A stretch of 64,000 nt of DNA from positions 160,001 through 224,000 of the forward strand of contig OZ242195.1 in assembly GCA_965205975.1 (NCBI GenBank), in the 5' to 3' direction. Source of the stretch: Candidatus Latescibacterota bacterium (GTDB lineage Bacteria > Latescibacterota > UBA2968). The position numbers and the translations under genes were made by a program. The notes under the pieces are model-generated. The model was given only the letters and a program-made list of their open reading frames with translations. It had not been told where the DNA came from and did not search any database. Below, piece after piece: positions 1 through 10,577 of the stretch. The first letter of the stretch is position 1. The number at the start of each line of letters is the position of its first letter.

Positions 1-1
1 G

Positions 2-292
2 GAACAGTTCCATCACATCAATATCATTGCATTCGTCTGGCTGGAAGGTTATGAACGCGGAAACAGCAGGCGGATCAGGGATCAGACGTCGCGGCGGTTT
101 CTGACAAGCGTGCACTACACCGATGGTTCAGGTGCCCACGAGCAAGTCTATTCGGAAGGGTCAGGGCTCTCGCCCGACGCACCGAGGGATGTGGCGCACG
201 AAGCAAAGTGCCGAACTTTTTTGGAGGAGGCATTGGGAGAAGCGTCGCGGGATATGGATGAATTGAGGGAGCGATATCTGGCCTGGCATTAG
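2..292 (+). CDS. Hypothetical protein, 5' truncated by the window edge
   Basis: Frame is open from position 2 (EQFHHINIIAFVWLEG...) to TAG at 290-292. No recognisable motif. Converges on the tmRNA terminator. Confidence 0.5.
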   Translation, partial: EQFHHINIIAFVWLEGYERGNSRRIRDQTSRRFLTSVHYTDGSGAHEQVYSEGSGLSPDAPRDVAHEAKCRTFLEEALGEASRDMDELRERYLAWH

Positions 293-354
293 GAGCGGGT
301 GGCTCATACCAAAATTCTACTCATGCTCGCGGGATTGCACGGTCAAGCGTACAC

Positions 355-388
355 AAAAAATCGCGACTTCTAAGAATGGAAGTCGCGA
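355..388 (-). terminator. Rho-independent terminator of ssrA
   Basis: Inverted repeat TCGCGACTTC/GAAGTCGCGA followed by a T6 run on the minus strand, about 10 nt past the tmRNA CCA end. Confidence 0.8.
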
Positions 389-398
389 TGCAAGTTAT

Positions 399-783
399 TG
401 GTGGAGGCGGCGGGAATCGAACCCGCGTCCGAAAGCAGTTTGATAACGGCATCTACGTGTGTAGTCTATTCACTTAGGATCTCGCATCTCGCGCCCCAAC
501 AGACAGGGTCGCTGAGATGCCAGCCCGATGGTTGGGGCTGTGGCCCGCTCTCATCCGGAGGCCCTCGAGCGGAAACCCCCGCACCAGCCTGCTCTCGTCG
601 GCGCTCTGCCCAGACCACGCAGGCAAGGTCTGAGAGAACGGACTGCGTAACGGTTAGTTAGGCAGCCATTGCGTACGTGTTATCGTCCGCAGTTGCGTTT
701 TTTCCCAATTGTTTTACGAGGTGATTGGGCACCTCGACACGCAGCTATTATCTCCCCACCCCCGTCGAAGCCGTGTCGCCCCC
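399..783 (-). ncRNA. ssrA: tmRNA; tag peptide ADDNTYAMAA at 658-690
   Basis: 5' end GGGGGCGACACGGCTTCGAC, 3' end GCGGGTTCGATTCCCGCCGCCTCCACCA, and an internal tag ORF GCG GAC GAT AAC ACG TAC GCA ATG GCT GCC TAA ending in Ala-Ala. Confidence 0.97.
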
Positions 784-795
784 ATTACATTTAAA

Positions 796-824
796 AATAT
801 ATCTAAGTTAATCCTTCCAGTCAA
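796..824 (-). promoter_or_regulatory. Sigma70-type promoter of ssrA
   Basis: TTGACT-17 bp-TATATT immediately upstream of the tmRNA 5' end. Confidence 0.7.
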
Positions 825-836
825 GCTGTCCTCAGC

Positions 837-1772
837 CTAATTTTCTCTAAACCACTCTATTGTCTGTCGCAATCCCTGCTCTGGCGTCACTTTGGGTTCC
901 CATCCCAGGAGTTTTTTGGCCAGGGTGATATCGGGTTGTCGCATTTGGGGATCGTCGCCGATTTGCGCGTTGGGCATCAGCGCGATTTCGCTTTTGCTTT
1001 CGGTTAGTTCAACGATCTTTTTTGCCAGATCCAACATCGATGTTTCACTCGATGGATTGCCGATATTTACGGGCGCGTGATAATCCGTGTGCATCAATCG
1101 ATAGATCCCTTCAATCAGGTCTGAGACATAACAAATACTGCGCGTTTGACTGCCATCGCCATATACTTTTAGTGGTTCACCTGCCAGTGCCCGATTGACA
1201 AAATTGGGAATGGCCCGTCCATCGTTTTTGCGCATGCGGGGACCATAGGTATTAAAAATCCGGACAATCCGCGTATCGACCCCGCTTTCGCGGTGATAGG
1301 CCATTGTCATGGCTTCGGCAAAGCGCTTGGCTTCGTCATAGACGCCACGCACGCCCAGTGTATTGACATTGCCCAAATACGATTCTGGCTGAGGATGTAC
1401 TAATGGATCGCCGTAAATTTCGGATGTTGAGGCCAAAAAAAACTTCGCCTTTTTTGCACGCGCCACACCGAGCGCGTTGTGCGTGCCATGTGCGCCTACT
1501 TTCAAGATGCGGATGGGATAGCGCGAAAAATCATCGGGGCTGGCCGGGCTGGCAAAATGCAATACATAATCCAATGGCCCCTTCACATAGATGTATTGCG
1601 TCACATCGTGTTTGATAAATGTAAAACCATCTCGTCCAAACAGGTGTGCGATATTTTTTGCACGTCCAGTCAATAGATTATCCATGACAATTAGTTCGTG
1701 CCCTTCACCCAGCAAACGGTCACACAAATGCGACCCCAAAAACCCCGCGCCACCTGTTAGTAAAATACGCAT
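837..1772 (-). CDS. UDP-glucuronate decarboxylase family SDR (NAD-dependent epimerase/dehydratase)
   Basis: TGGAGFLG Rossmann motif, [20 protein letters not shown] (YxxxK), [13 protein letters not shown] at 1772 chosen as start. Confidence 0.9.
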   Translation of the reverse strand: MRILLTGGAGFLGSHLCDRLLGEGHELIVMDNLLTGRAKNIAHLFGRDGFTFIKHDVTQYIYVKGPLDYVLHFASPASPDDFSRYPIRILKVGAHGTHNALGVARAKKAKFFLASTSEIYGDPLVHPQPESYLGNVNTLGVRGVYDEAKRFAEAMTMAYHRESGVDTRIVRIFNTYGPRMRKNDGRAIPNFVNRALAGEPLKVYGDGSQTRSICYVSDLIEGIYRLMHTDYHAPVNIGNPSSETSMLDLAKKIVELTESKSEIALMPNAQIGDDPQMRQPDITLAKKLLGWEPKVTPEQGLRQTIEWFREN

Positions 1773-1782
1773 ATAGTTCCTG

Positions 1783-3129
1783 TTATAATTTAAAGACGTG
1801 ATCTTTCTTTCCAGATACAGCCTGCGTGGCATTGCGCGTATCGACAATACAGCGCGCGTGCCTTACAATCCATTCATAATCCCAATCGCTGTGATGTGTC
1901 ACGATCACCACACAATGGGCATCAGTTATATTTTTTTTGTTTAAAGAGATACTTTTCAAGTCCAAACTTTCTGTCTGCAAGTGATCTACAAACGGATCGC
2001 AATACGAGACCTTCGCGCCTTTCTCCTGAAGCATTTCTATAATATCCAATGCCGGTGACTCGCGAATATCGCGTACATCGGGTTTGTATGTCACGCCCAA
2101 TATCAGGATGTTCGAGCCTTTCAAACACCGCTCGTGTTCGTTGAGGGCGTCGGTGATTTTTTCGACCACATAGCCCGGCATGCTGCGCGTCACTTCGCTG
2201 GCCAATTCGATAAAGCGCGCATTGTAATTCAAGGTCTTGAGCTTCCAGGCCAGAAAGTGAGGATCAACCGGGATGCAATGCCCGCCCAATCCAGGACCGG
2301 GATAAAACGGCATAAATCCAAACGGCTTGGTCGCTGCGGCATCGATTACTTCCCAAACATCCACACCGAGGCGATCACACATCAGTGCCACTTCATTGAC
2401 AAGGCCGATATTTACACTGCGAAATGTATTTTCCAGCAACTTGGTCATTTCTGCGGCCTGGGTCGATGAGACCGGTACGACTTCGCCGATTGATTGTCGG
2501 TAAAAATGTGTGCCTATTTCTGTGCAAGAAGGGGTAATACCACCCACGACTTTGGGCGTGTTGGTGATGGTATAAACCCTGTTGCCTGGATCGACGCGCT
2601 CTGGAGAAAATACCAGAAAAAAATCTCGACCGACCTTCAAGCCACTTTCTTCGAGCAGGGGCAATACCAGTTCATGGGTCGTGCCTGGATACGTCGTGCT
2701 TTCCAGAATTACCAGTTGTCCACAGCGCAGATGGTCTTTGATTGCACCACATGCCTGCAAAATAAACGAGACATCCGGGTCGCGTGTTTTATTTAAGGGT
2801 GTGGGCACGCATACCACAACCACATCGGCCTCATCGAGCACATCGCATTCTCGAGTTGCCGTCAATTTCCCCACAGCTTTGAGACCCGCTACTTCAAATT
2901 CCGATACACCCTGCACGTCGGACTTTCCCGATTCTACTATCTTTACTTTGCGTGCCGATATATCGATTCCCGTGACACAAAATCCCACCTTGCCCAATTC
3001 CACGGATAGGGTCAATCCCACATACCCCAATCCCATCACCGCTATCCGCGCTTCGTGCGATGCGATCTTTTCTTCCAGTATCTGTCTGGGGTTGGCGATT
3101 TCTCGAGATAATCTTTCTGGTATAGCCAT
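1783..3129 (-). CDS. Nucleotide-sugar 6-dehydrogenase (UDP-GlcNAc/UDP-ManNAc dehydrogenase, WbpA/WecC-like)
   Basis: [29 protein letters not shown], catalytic GGHCIPVDP. The ATG overlaps the argF stop (TAATG). Confidence 0.9.
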   Translation of the reverse strand: MAIPERLSREIANPRQILEEKIASHEARIAVMGLGYVGLTLSVELGKVGFCVTGIDISARKVKIVESGKSDVQGVSEFEVAGLKAVGKLTATRECDVLDEADVVVVCVPTPLNKTRDPDVSFILQACGAIKDHLRCGQLVILESTTYPGTTHELVLPLLEESGLKVGRDFFLVFSPERVDPGNRVYTITNTPKVVGGITPSCTEIGTHFYRQSIGEVVPVSSTQAAEMTKLLENTFRSVNIGLVNEVALMCDRLGVDVWEVIDAAATKPFGFMPFYPGPGLGGHCIPVDPHFLAWKLKTLNYNARFIELASEVTRSMPGYVVEKITDALNEHERCLKGSNILILGVTYKPDVRDIRESPALDIIEMLQEKGAKVSYCDPFVDHLQTESLDLKSISLNKKNITDAHCVVIVTHHSDWDYEWIVRHARCIVDTRNATQAVSGKKDHVFKL

Positions 3130-4058
3130 TATGTTATCCGCTCTGGTCCAATCATTTGAAGCAATACGGCCTTTTGAACGTGCATGCGATTCTCTGCTTG
3201 ATCCACAGCAATGCATCGCTCGCTTGCCATGACTTCATCTGTCACTTCGTATCCCTTATGTGCTGGCAAGCAGTGCATCACATAAGCGTCGGTCTTTTTG
3301 AGCAAATCGCCATTGATCTGATATGGCATGAATACTTTGGTGCGTCGCTTTTTTTCTTCTGCAAATTCTGGATTGTTAAAAAATTCCATATCAATCCACG
3401 TATCGGTATAAAGAAAATCTGCATCGGCAATAGCGGCTTCCAGATCCAGCGTTTCTTCAAATAACCCGGTTGCACGCGCTGCTTTGACCAGTTCGGGGTC
3501 TGCCGATGGTTTGTTGATCTCTGGCGTCACAGCCGTTATGCGTACGCCGGCTTTTGTACACGCTGTTACCAGCGAATTACACACATTGTTCCAGATGCCC
3601 ACATAAACCACATGCGTTCCCGCCAACTTGCCTCGCACTTCCAGGATTGATAGCAGATCGCCCAGGGCTTGACAGGGGTGATAACGGTCACAACATCCGT
3701 TGATTACAGGGACTTCGGAGCCAAGGGTCAGCCGCAGCAGATCTTCGTGTTTGAGCATGCGCGCCATAATCACATCTGCATATCGCGATAGGACCTGTGC
3801 TTCATCGCGCACATCGGCCAATCCAAAATTGGTGGTCATCCAGTCCAAAAACACGGCCTGCCCCCCCAATTGGTGCATGCCTACTTCAAAAGCTACGCGG
3901 GTGCGCGTTGATGTTTTCTGAAATAACATCGCCATAGTTTGTCCCGTTAGCAAACCTTCATAGCGCTCGGGATTCTTTTTGATCACCAGACCCATTTCTA
4001 CCGCACGCAAAATATCATCTGGCGACCACGTCTTCAGTGTCAAAAGATCCATATCCAT
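3129..4058 (-). CDS. argF: Ornithine carbamoyltransferase (variant substrate loop)
   Basis: Carbamoyl-phosphate motif STRTR, HPCQ, MHCLP, QAENR. DTWIDM replaces the canonical DxxxSMG. Confidence 0.8.
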   Translation of the reverse strand: MDMDLLTLKTWSPDDILRAVEMGLVIKKNPERYEGLLTGQTMAMLFQKTSTRTRVAFEVGMHQLGGQAVFLDWMTTNFGLADVRDEAQVLSRYADVIMARMLKHEDLLRLTLGSEVPVINGCCDRYHPCQALGDLLSILEVRGKLAGTHVVYVGIWNNVCNSLVTACTKAGVRITAVTPEINKPSADPELVKAARATGLFEETLDLEAAIADADFLYTDTWIDMEFFNNPEFAEEKKRRTKVFMPYQINGDLLKKTDAYVMHCLPAHKGYEVTDEVMASERCIAVDQAENRMHVQKAVLLQMIGPERIT

Positions 4059-4140
4059 TTCCTTTCTATTGAACCGCTGCTACAGCCTGCTCCTGCCGGA
4101 ATCGTGCAGGGGTTTGCCAGGCCTGGGGAGTTTCACCGAT

Positions 4141-5100
4141 TCACAATTGTTCGCGCACAAGAGATAGCAAACGCGCTTGCACTTGACCGACAGAGCCTTT
4201 AATTTCGCATCCCGATGCGCGGATATGGCCGCCACCATCAAATTGACGGGCAATGCGATTGACATCCACTTTTCCCCGCGACCGCAAGCTCACGCGCTGT
4301 TGTCCCGGCTCTTGTTCTTTAAAAAATAGTGCGACTTCAACTCCGTCAATCGACATCGCGTGATCGACCACCCCGTCCAAATCGCCGTTCATCGCATGTG
4401 TTTTGTGATCAACGTACAATGTGCTGATCTGTCCGTTTTCGTGTAACATTAGATTCGACAGCGCGAACCCCAGGGTTTTCACTGTTTGATATGTCTGGTG
4501 CGAAAACATGTTCTCCGCAATTTGCTGCGGGTCAGCACCGTGCCCAACGAGTTCTGCGGCGGCGCGGAGTGCGCGTTCTGGATGCGAATGCTTAAATAGC
4601 TTTGTGTCAAATACAATTCCAGCATATAAACACGTCGCGATTTCGGGTGTAAATCTCGAATTACTACCATACCAGTTTATGAGCGAATAGATCAACTCAC
4701 TGGCAGAGCTGGCATCTGTATCGATCACCCGTACATCGCTCACTTCATCTGCATCCACATGGTGATCGATAACCAGCGTTTTGGTTGCAGGCCCAATCAG
4801 CCTCGCGACATCGCCAATACGTTTTTCCGATGTTGTCGTATCCACCACCACGAGGCGCAGCACAGGGGTTGCCAGTCCAGAGTTGTACACCGACTCAATG
4901 CGATCATAGCCCGGTAAAAACCGATATTTGCGATCCGGTACCTCGTCCGCCACTACAATGCGGTGCTTTTGGTCCTGCCTCGTTAACCAATGGCTCAATC
5001 CCAACAGAGCACCGAGGCCATCGCCATCGGCATTCACATGCGTTGTTAGCACGAGTTCATCGCCGGATAATAAAAAATTCAGAGCCGCCTGAAAGTTCAT
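4141..5100 (-). CDS. nrnA: DHH family bifunctional oligoribonuclease/PAP phosphatase
   Basis: HVNADGD, VIDHH, SLRS and GGGH (DHHA1) motifs. Alternative TTG start at 5112. Confidence 0.88.
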   Translation of the reverse strand: MNFQAALNFLLSGDELVLTTHVNADGDGLGALLGLSHWLTRQDQKHRIVVADEVPDRKYRFLPGYDRIESVYNSGLATPVLRLVVVDTTTSEKRIGDVARLIGPATKTLVIDHHVDADEVSDVRVIDTDASSASELIYSLINWYGSNSRFTPEIATCLYAGIVFDTKLFKHSHPERALRAAAELVGHGADPQQIAENMFSHQTYQTVKTLGFALSNLMLHENGQISTLYVDHKTHAMNGDLDGVVDHAMSIDGVEVALFFKEQEPGQQRVSLRSRGKVDVNRIARQFDGGGHIRASGCEIKGSVGQVQARLLSLVREQL

Positions 5101-5145
5101 TGTTATATCCAAATGTACATATCAATGCAAGAGGATAGCTATTCT

Positions 5146-5736
5146 TCAATGTTTGAAAATCTGCTCGTACTGGCGTTTGCGTTGCAGCAAAATTTGCTGT
5201 CGCCGCTTCTGCGAACGGAGTATGGTGAACAGAATATTTACCCGTTTGCGCGCCGCTCGCAATACCTGAACATCCCGCTGGTCCTGATCCTTTAATCGGG
5301 ACAAATACAGCAGGCACTGGGCCGCATCTCGTAGCGACTTCGCCGAAAACAGTACTGATAGTATTCCCTGTCGTCCTATTTTGTATATTTCACGCACACG
5401 TTGTGCTATATTCTGTTCGCGATTTTTAAGTTGTGACTGAGCCTGTCGAAGCTGTTGCTCAGTACGGTCGATTTCATTATTCAGACTATTGACTTCTTCA
5501 GCCAGATTCAAAGATGTGTCCCGCGCCTTCTCACCCTCGCTTTCTGGTTGATTCTGTACCGATGCTTCAGATGAGGACCGGGAGTTTAAGTCACGCGCTT
5601 TTAAGCTGTCCATCGCAGCTTGCTCAGCTTTCAGACGCGCTTCCAGCGCTGTTATAGTCTGCGCGCTTCCATTGGGAGATAATGCGAGTAGAAAAGTTAT
5701 TATACACAATATATATTTTTGCACGCCATACCTCAA
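5146..5736 (-). CDS. Signal-peptide coiled-coil protein resembling the EnvC N-terminus, without an M23 domain
   Basis: Hydrophobic N-terminus, long heptad region, YKIGR...LFSAKS pattern, directly downstream of ftsX. Start may be GTG at 5724. Confidence 0.6.
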   Translation of the reverse strand: MRYGVQKYILCIITFLLALSPNGSAQTITALEARLKAEQAAMDSLKARDLNSRSSSEASVQNQPESEGEKARDTSLNLAEEVNSLNNEIDRTEQQLRQAQSQLKNREQNIAQRVREIYKIGRQGILSVLFSAKSLRDAAQCLLYLSRLKDQDQRDVQVLRAARKRVNILFTILRSQKRRQQILLQRKRQYEQIFKH

Positions 5737-5751
5737 TGGACAGGCACTGCC

Positions 5752-6630
5752 CTACGCGATTTCTCTTAACAGGCGGTTCAGAGATGCCCAACTACCTATC
5801 GCGCCGAGCACGGTGCCCAATACCACCAGACCGAATGCCAGTTCAATCGTTGGTGTGACCGTCAAGTCCGGTACGCGAACAGCCCACGAGGGTGATATAT
5901 AAGCCATCATCAGAGGTGCCAAAAATCCACCGACAAAGCCCAATAGTGCCCCCCCAACTCCAAAGATCATCCACACAGTCGTATTTGTCGCGCCGACCAA
6001 CCGCATAATCTCAAGGGCATCGCGCTGCGCCAGCACCATCAACTTGGTTGCATGGCTCACTGCAAATACACACGCAAAACACAGCATACACCCAAGTGCG
6101 AGCCCAATTCCGGTGGTTACTTCAATAAAATGCTCTAAAGAATCCACCCAAACTTCACCTACGTTTACACCTTCTACAGCACTATGGCTGGCTACATATC
6201 TTGCAACGGCTCGAGCGCGGCGCGGCATATTCTCGCCGGGAGAAATGCGTACTCTAAGCGAAGCGGGCAATGGGTTGCTCGAAAGCGCATCGACCGTACC
6301 CAAACCAAATAGTGACCGAAATTCTTTGGCAGCCGCTTCCTGATCCATATACACAATCCCGCCTACCTCGGGTCTCGCTTCTAACCTGCGCCGCAACGCG
6401 AGTATTCGCTGAGATGAAACGCCATCTTTCAGGTAAATGTCTATCTCCACCCGCGTGCGCAATCGGTTAGCCAGAGCGTTTCCACTCTCGATCACCTGCC
6501 AAAAGAATCCCAATACCAGCAGTGAGGCTCCAATGGTCACCACTGAAATCACACCTGCGATTCCCGTGCGCCTGATCCCTTGCAATGCCTCGCGCAATAC
6601 TAGATTCATTTCACTTTTCCATTTGTTCAA
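5752..6630 (-). CDS. ftsX: Cell-division ABC permease FtsX
   Basis: NPLPAS and IMRLVGAT motifs, 4-TM layout, overlaps the ftsE stop. Confidence 0.85.
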   Translation of the reverse strand: MNKWKSEMNLVLREALQGIRRTGIAGVISVVTIGASLLVLGFFWQVIESGNALANRLRTRVEIDIYLKDGVSSQRILALRRRLEARPEVGGIVYMDQEAAAKEFRSLFGLGTVDALSSNPLPASLRVRISPGENMPRRARAVARYVASHSAVEGVNVGEVWVDSLEHFIEVTTGIGLALGCMLCFACVFAVSHATKLMVLAQRDALEIMRLVGATNTTVWMIFGVGGALLGFVGGFLAPLMMAYISPSWAVRVPDLTVTPTIELAFGLVVLGTVLGAIGSWASLNRLLREIA

Positions 6631-7292
6631 TTTGCAATCTGTTCAATGACCTCATTTTCCAATTGCAATATTCGCCGCGAATATCGGTCTTCTATCGCTG
6701 TATTATGTGTCGCTATGATCACAGCTATTCCGCGTACATTCATTTTTTGAAAAATAGCCATCACCTGTTCTGTCGCTTCGGAATCCAAATTGGCGGTTGG
6801 TTCATCTGCCAACAAGATAAGGGGATCATTCACCAGTGCCCGCGCTATTGCTACCCGCAGCCGTTCATAAGCCGACAACTCATCTGGATACGCATTGCGT
6901 TTGTAAAGCAAATCCACATCTGATAATATCGCCTGAGTTTTGCGCTTGATCCTGCGCCGCGAAACGCCTTTTACTTCAAGCGCTAAGGCCACATTTTCAG
7001 ATACGGTGCGATGGTGCAATAATTTGAAGTCTTGAAATACTACGCCTACTTGCCTTCGCAACTGCGGGATATCTATTTTTCGAATTTGCTGCGAGTCGTA
7101 TTTTCCCACAGATACCACGCCCGAACTGGGTAATTCCTCAAATATAATCAGCCCGAATAGCGCGCGTTTTTCCGCCTCTGTGTGTCCAGTCAGATAGACG
7201 AATTCGCCCTGATTGATCTCTAAGTTGGCATTGATCAATATCGGCTGACCTCGCTGCTCGACCCGCACGTTTTGTAATTTAATCACTGGCAT
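6627..7292 (-). CDS. ftsE: FtsE-like ABC ATPase with degenerate Walker A and signature motifs
   Basis: LRRQVGVVFQDFKLL, LLADEPTANLD and ATH are present. Walker A reads GHTEAEKR and the signature reads LSAYE. Start uncertain (7292-7319). Confidence 0.8.
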   Translation of the reverse strand: MPVIKLQNVRVEQRGQPILINANLEINQGEFVYLTGHTEAEKRALFGLIIFEELPSSGVVSVGKYDSQQIRKIDIPQLRRQVGVVFQDFKLLHHRTVSENVALALEVKGVSRRRIKRKTQAILSDVDLLYKRNAYPDELSAYERLRVAIARALVNDPLILLADEPTANLDSEATEQVMAIFQKMNVRGIAVIIATHNTAIEDRYSRRILQLENEVIEQIAN

Positions 7293-7334
7293 GATGTACA
7301 ACTGCATCAGCAGTTCCAATATCCATTTCTTAAA

Positions 7335-8084
7335 CTATTTTTTTAGAACAAAATGCACCCGATCCGAAAATCTTGTCGGCGGTGCATATCCAAATCCCCC
7401 GTAAGCTCCTACCCTTTCAAAAGGCGATTTATCGACAATCTCTTCAATCGCTGCCAAAGAATAGATCCGCTGTTGATGTACTTCTTTGACCACTTCATCC
7501 GTGTCTTCAAAATGAATATCAAATTTGTTGTATTGTACACCCTCTTCGTAATAACTGTGCCGCCGATATGAAAATCCATCTCCCGAATCTTCTGACTCCA
7601 TATTGCAGAAGTATTGCCTCGAATTGCTCTCTGTACAGATATCGACCACAAAAACCCCGTTGGGATTTACAATGCGATGCACTTCATTCAGAGCACGCGC
7701 GATCATTTCAGGTGACATCAAATAGTTGATGCTATCGTACAAACACAACACCGCATCACACGGGGGCAAATCGTCTAAATCGAGCAAATTGCGATGGTAA
7801 AATGGAATGGGATAGTGCAACTTACGCGCCTTTTCTATAGCCACATCCAGCATTTCTCGGCAACCATCTGCACCCATTACATCGAATTTCTGACGGTATA
7901 ACTCAATTGCCAGACTGCCCGTGCCGCAGGCCAGGTCCAATACGCGGTTGGGTTTCACTTTGTGTCGCACGAGCAGTGATGAGACATAATGCGCCCAATG
8001 CACGTAATCCACATGTCGCATTACATAATCGTAAATGGTCGCCAAGCGGCTATACGGGGTTGCCTCAGTTTCGAAGTTTTGCAT
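7335..8084 (-). CDS. Class I SAM-dependent methyltransferase
   Basis: VLDLACGTG motif I and CLYDSINY. Confidence 0.85.
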   Translation of the reverse strand: MQNFETEATPYSRLATIYDYVMRHVDYVHWAHYVSSLLVRHKVKPNRVLDLACGTGSLAIELYRQKFDVMGADGCREMLDVAIEKARKLHYPIPFYHRNLLDLDDLPPCDAVLCLYDSINYLMSPEMIARALNEVHRIVNPNGVFVVDICTESNSRQYFCNMESEDSGDGFSYRRHSYYEEGVQYNKFDIHFEDTDEVVKEVHQQRIYSLAAIEEIVDKSPFERVGAYGGFGYAPPTRFSDRVHFVLKK

Positions 8085-8153
8085 AAAATGAAAAACGGCC
8101 AGCCCGTGCCGGCCTTTGCCTTTCTATTTTTTTTGTTCTGGCGGGATCGCGTT

Positions 8154-8426
8154 TTAAAAAAACTCTGGTGCCTGTGCTTCATCTCGAATAATGCGATAAT
8201 ATTCAGGTGCTCGTTTCCGCGATACATTACCTCGTGGAATCGCCAATACTTCAAATTCCAACAGACGATCGGAAAACGCAATGCTCACCCTTTGCCCTGC
8301 GCGCAAAACGCGACTCGCTTTGGCTTCTTGCCCATCTACTGTCACAATCCCATTGTCACACGCTCGTTTGGCTTCTGAACGCCGTCGCACCAGACAACAT
8401 GTATTTAGATAGATATCTAATCTCAT
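8154..8426 (-). CDS. S4-domain RNA-binding protein (RqcP/YabO/Hsp15-like)
   Basis: MRLDIYL...RRRSEAKRAC...VDGQEAKAS S4 pattern, 90 aa. Confidence 0.8.
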   Translation of the reverse strand: MRLDIYLNTCCLVRRRSEAKRACDNGIVTVDGQEAKASRVLRAGQRVSIAFSDRLLEFEVLAIPRGNVSRKRAPEYYRIIRDEAQAPEFF

Positions 8427-8432
8427 ACTATC

Positions 8433-9674
8433 CTATTCCAACCGTACATCCACATATAATTTCGCCCGCGTTTCTGCCAGTTTCTCACGGAATAATTCCT
8501 GCAAGCGTTCCAGTCTGGCAATTTCCTCTAATGCAGTGGCCTCGTCATTGATCCGGAACAGATTCCAGCCGCCTTCCATTTTTACGGGTAAACTCACATC
8601 GCCCGGCTTGAGTGCCCGCACCACATCTGCAAATTGGGATGGGAGATCAGACCTGGGAATATTCTGCCAAAATCCGCCGCGCGATGCTGTTTCTTCAAAG
8701 TCGGAATGCTCGCGCGCAAGTTCGGCAAAGTCCGCCCCGTCTTGAATCTGTTGATACAATGCCATTGCCTTTTGCTGAGCGACTTTTTCGTCTTTTTGTA
8801 ATAAAAACAAAATATGACGCGCCCGCACCTGATCGCCCGAAATTTCCTCGACGAGAATAATGTGAAAGCCAAACTGCGATTGTACGAGGTCGCTCACTTC
8901 GCCGACTTTGAGACTAAAGGCAACGTCTTCAAATGCAGGCACCATGGTACCGCGTCCAAAAAAGCCCAAATCCCCGCCTTGAGACGCGCTGCCAGGATCT
9001 TGTGAGTATTCTTTTGCCAGCGCTGCAAAATCTTCACCTGCCCGAATGCGTTCCAAAACCGCTTCTGCCTGGGGGCGAATTTTGTCCTGCTGTTCTGTCG
9101 ATGCAGCAGGTTCAATAAAAATATGACTTAACGAAATAAAAACTGATTCACCGCGGCGGTATTTTTCTTGAAATTCCTTCATGTCCCGGGGCGACACACT
9201 GACCTGTTGCACCAGCATTTGACGCATACTGTCTTCTAAATACTGATTGCGGATTTGCTCCCTGTATTGATCTCGCATCTGTCGCTCGGTCAATCCCTCC
9301 TTTTTTAGTTCTTCGGCAAATGTCGCCGCGCCAAACTGTTCCTTAACGTAGCGAATCTGCGCGCGCACCGTCTCTTCCACGCGCTCGTCATCTACCTCAA
9401 TGCTGTCTTCTCGCGCTCGGACCAGTAATAAGTTGCGTTGAATTTCATTTTCCAGAATCTTATTAAACATATTCTCAAGCTCTGCCTGTGGCACGGTTCT
9501 CACATCAATTCTTCGAGTGACCAATTCCAGGCGTAGCTTGTTTTCCACATCGGATCGCAACACAATTTTGTCATCTACCACTGCTATAATTTTATCCAAT
9601 AAGACAGGCTCTGCACGCGCTGTGCCCGCGAGCAGGAATAACCCAATTAGCACGTTGATCAATAGCGTTTTCAT
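8433..9674 (-). CDS. surA: SurA-like periplasmic parvulin PPIase/chaperone
   Basis: Signal peptide, LDKIIAVVD SurA N-domain, two rotamase domains ([11 protein letters not shown]...[16 protein letters not shown]). Confidence 0.8.
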   Translation of the reverse strand: MKTLLINVLIGLFLLAGTARAEPVLLDKIIAVVDDKIVLRSDVENKLRLELVTRRIDVRTVPQAELENMFNKILENEIQRNLLLVRAREDSIEVDDERVEETVRAQIRYVKEQFGAATFAEELKKEGLTERQMRDQYREQIRNQYLEDSMRQMLVQQVSVSPRDMKEFQEKYRRGESVFISLSHIFIEPAASTEQQDKIRPQAEAVLERIRAGEDFAALAKEYSQDPGSASQGGDLGFFGRGTMVPAFEDVAFSLKVGEVSDLVQSQFGFHIILVEEISGDQVRARHILFLLQKDEKVAQQKAMALYQQIQDGADFAELAREHSDFEETASRGGFWQNIPRSDLPSQFADVVRALKPGDVSLPVKMEGGWNLFRINDEATALEEIARLERLQELFREKLAETRAKLYVDVRLE

Positions 9675-9719
9675 ATCGATAAATTCCTCGAAATTGGTGA
9701 GACGTGAGAAGCCCAGTTC

Positions 9720-10577
9720 TCACTGTGCTCTATTCAATTGCTTCCAATCCACTGACCATTCAATCCGCTCTTTGAGTTCGGTCAGCAATTTGGCGCGTTG
9801 CTCGCGTCGTCGTTCGGTCAGGATGCGTTGCTGAATCTCGTTGCGCACATCGACCAAATCGCGTATTGAACCCTCGTTGTCCCGATCCATTACCTCAATG
9901 ATATGGTAGCCCAATTCAGTGCGTATGCGTATCCGGTGCCCCAGTTTGGCTTCCCGACAGGCCTCCCAGAAAGAGGTGGTGACCATATCTTCGGTAAAAT
10001 ATCCCAGATCGCCGCCATTTACGGCCGACTGATCAATAGAAACTTCGCGTGCCACCTGTTCAAAAAACTCACCCTTTTGCAGCCGGTCCCACGCCCGATT
10101 CATTGCATTCCTATCTGCCACAACGAGATGCCGCGCTCTGAGTTCGAGTTGATTGCGTTCAAAATCTGCTCGATGTTCTTCGTAATAGGCGAGAATTTTA
10201 TCCTCTGAGATTTCGGCGTCGCGTGCGTATGTGCGGGTCATTAATTCGTTTGCCAACAGTTGTCTAACAGCGCGATCAATGCGATCCGATAGTTCGGAAT
10301 CCCGGTCGAGTTTTTGTCGCAGGGCTTCTTGGTGGAGGAGTTCTTCCTCAATCCAATTTTCGACCAATCTTTGTTTTTCTTTAGGCGAAAGTGTGCCTGC
10401 AAACGGGGCGGGAATACGCTTCTCCAATGCTTCTATGGTCAGATAGCGATTTCCCACTTGTGCCACGACGGAAGTTTTTTGTGGCCTCTCACAACCCCAT
10501 ATGCCAATCAGGCAGATTATTAAGCTGATTTTCAAACACCGCGCTCGTTTCAAAACGCGATCCCCCATCGCGGTCAT
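9720..10577 (-). CDS. PpiC-type peptidyl-prolyl isomerase, probable lipoprotein
   Basis: Lipobox-like IWGC, RARHLVV, FEQVAREVS...GGDLGYF, GYHIIEV. Confidence 0.8.
   Translation of the reverse strand: MTAMGDRVLKRARCLKISLIICLIGIWGCERPQKTSVVAQVGNRYLTIEALEKRIPAPFAGTLSPKEKQRLVENWIEEELLHQEALRQKLDRDSELSDRIDRAVRQLLANELMTRTYARDAEISEDKILAYYEEHRADFERNQLELRARHLVVADRNAMNRAWDRLQKGEFFEQVAREVSIDQSAVNGGDLGYFTEDMVTTSFWEACREAKLGHRIRIRTELGYHIIEVMDRDNEGSIRDLVDVRNEIQQRILTERRREQRAKLLTELKERIEWSVDWKQLNRAQ

Noticed and set aside
1..400. Possible element integrated at the ssrA 3' end
   Set aside because: The native terminator follows ssrA directly, and no integrase or att duplication is visible. The window edge prevents further assessment.
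398..661. 87-aa plus-strand ORF (MVEAAGIEPAS...)
   Set aside because: It is the antisense shadow of the tmRNA 3' half.
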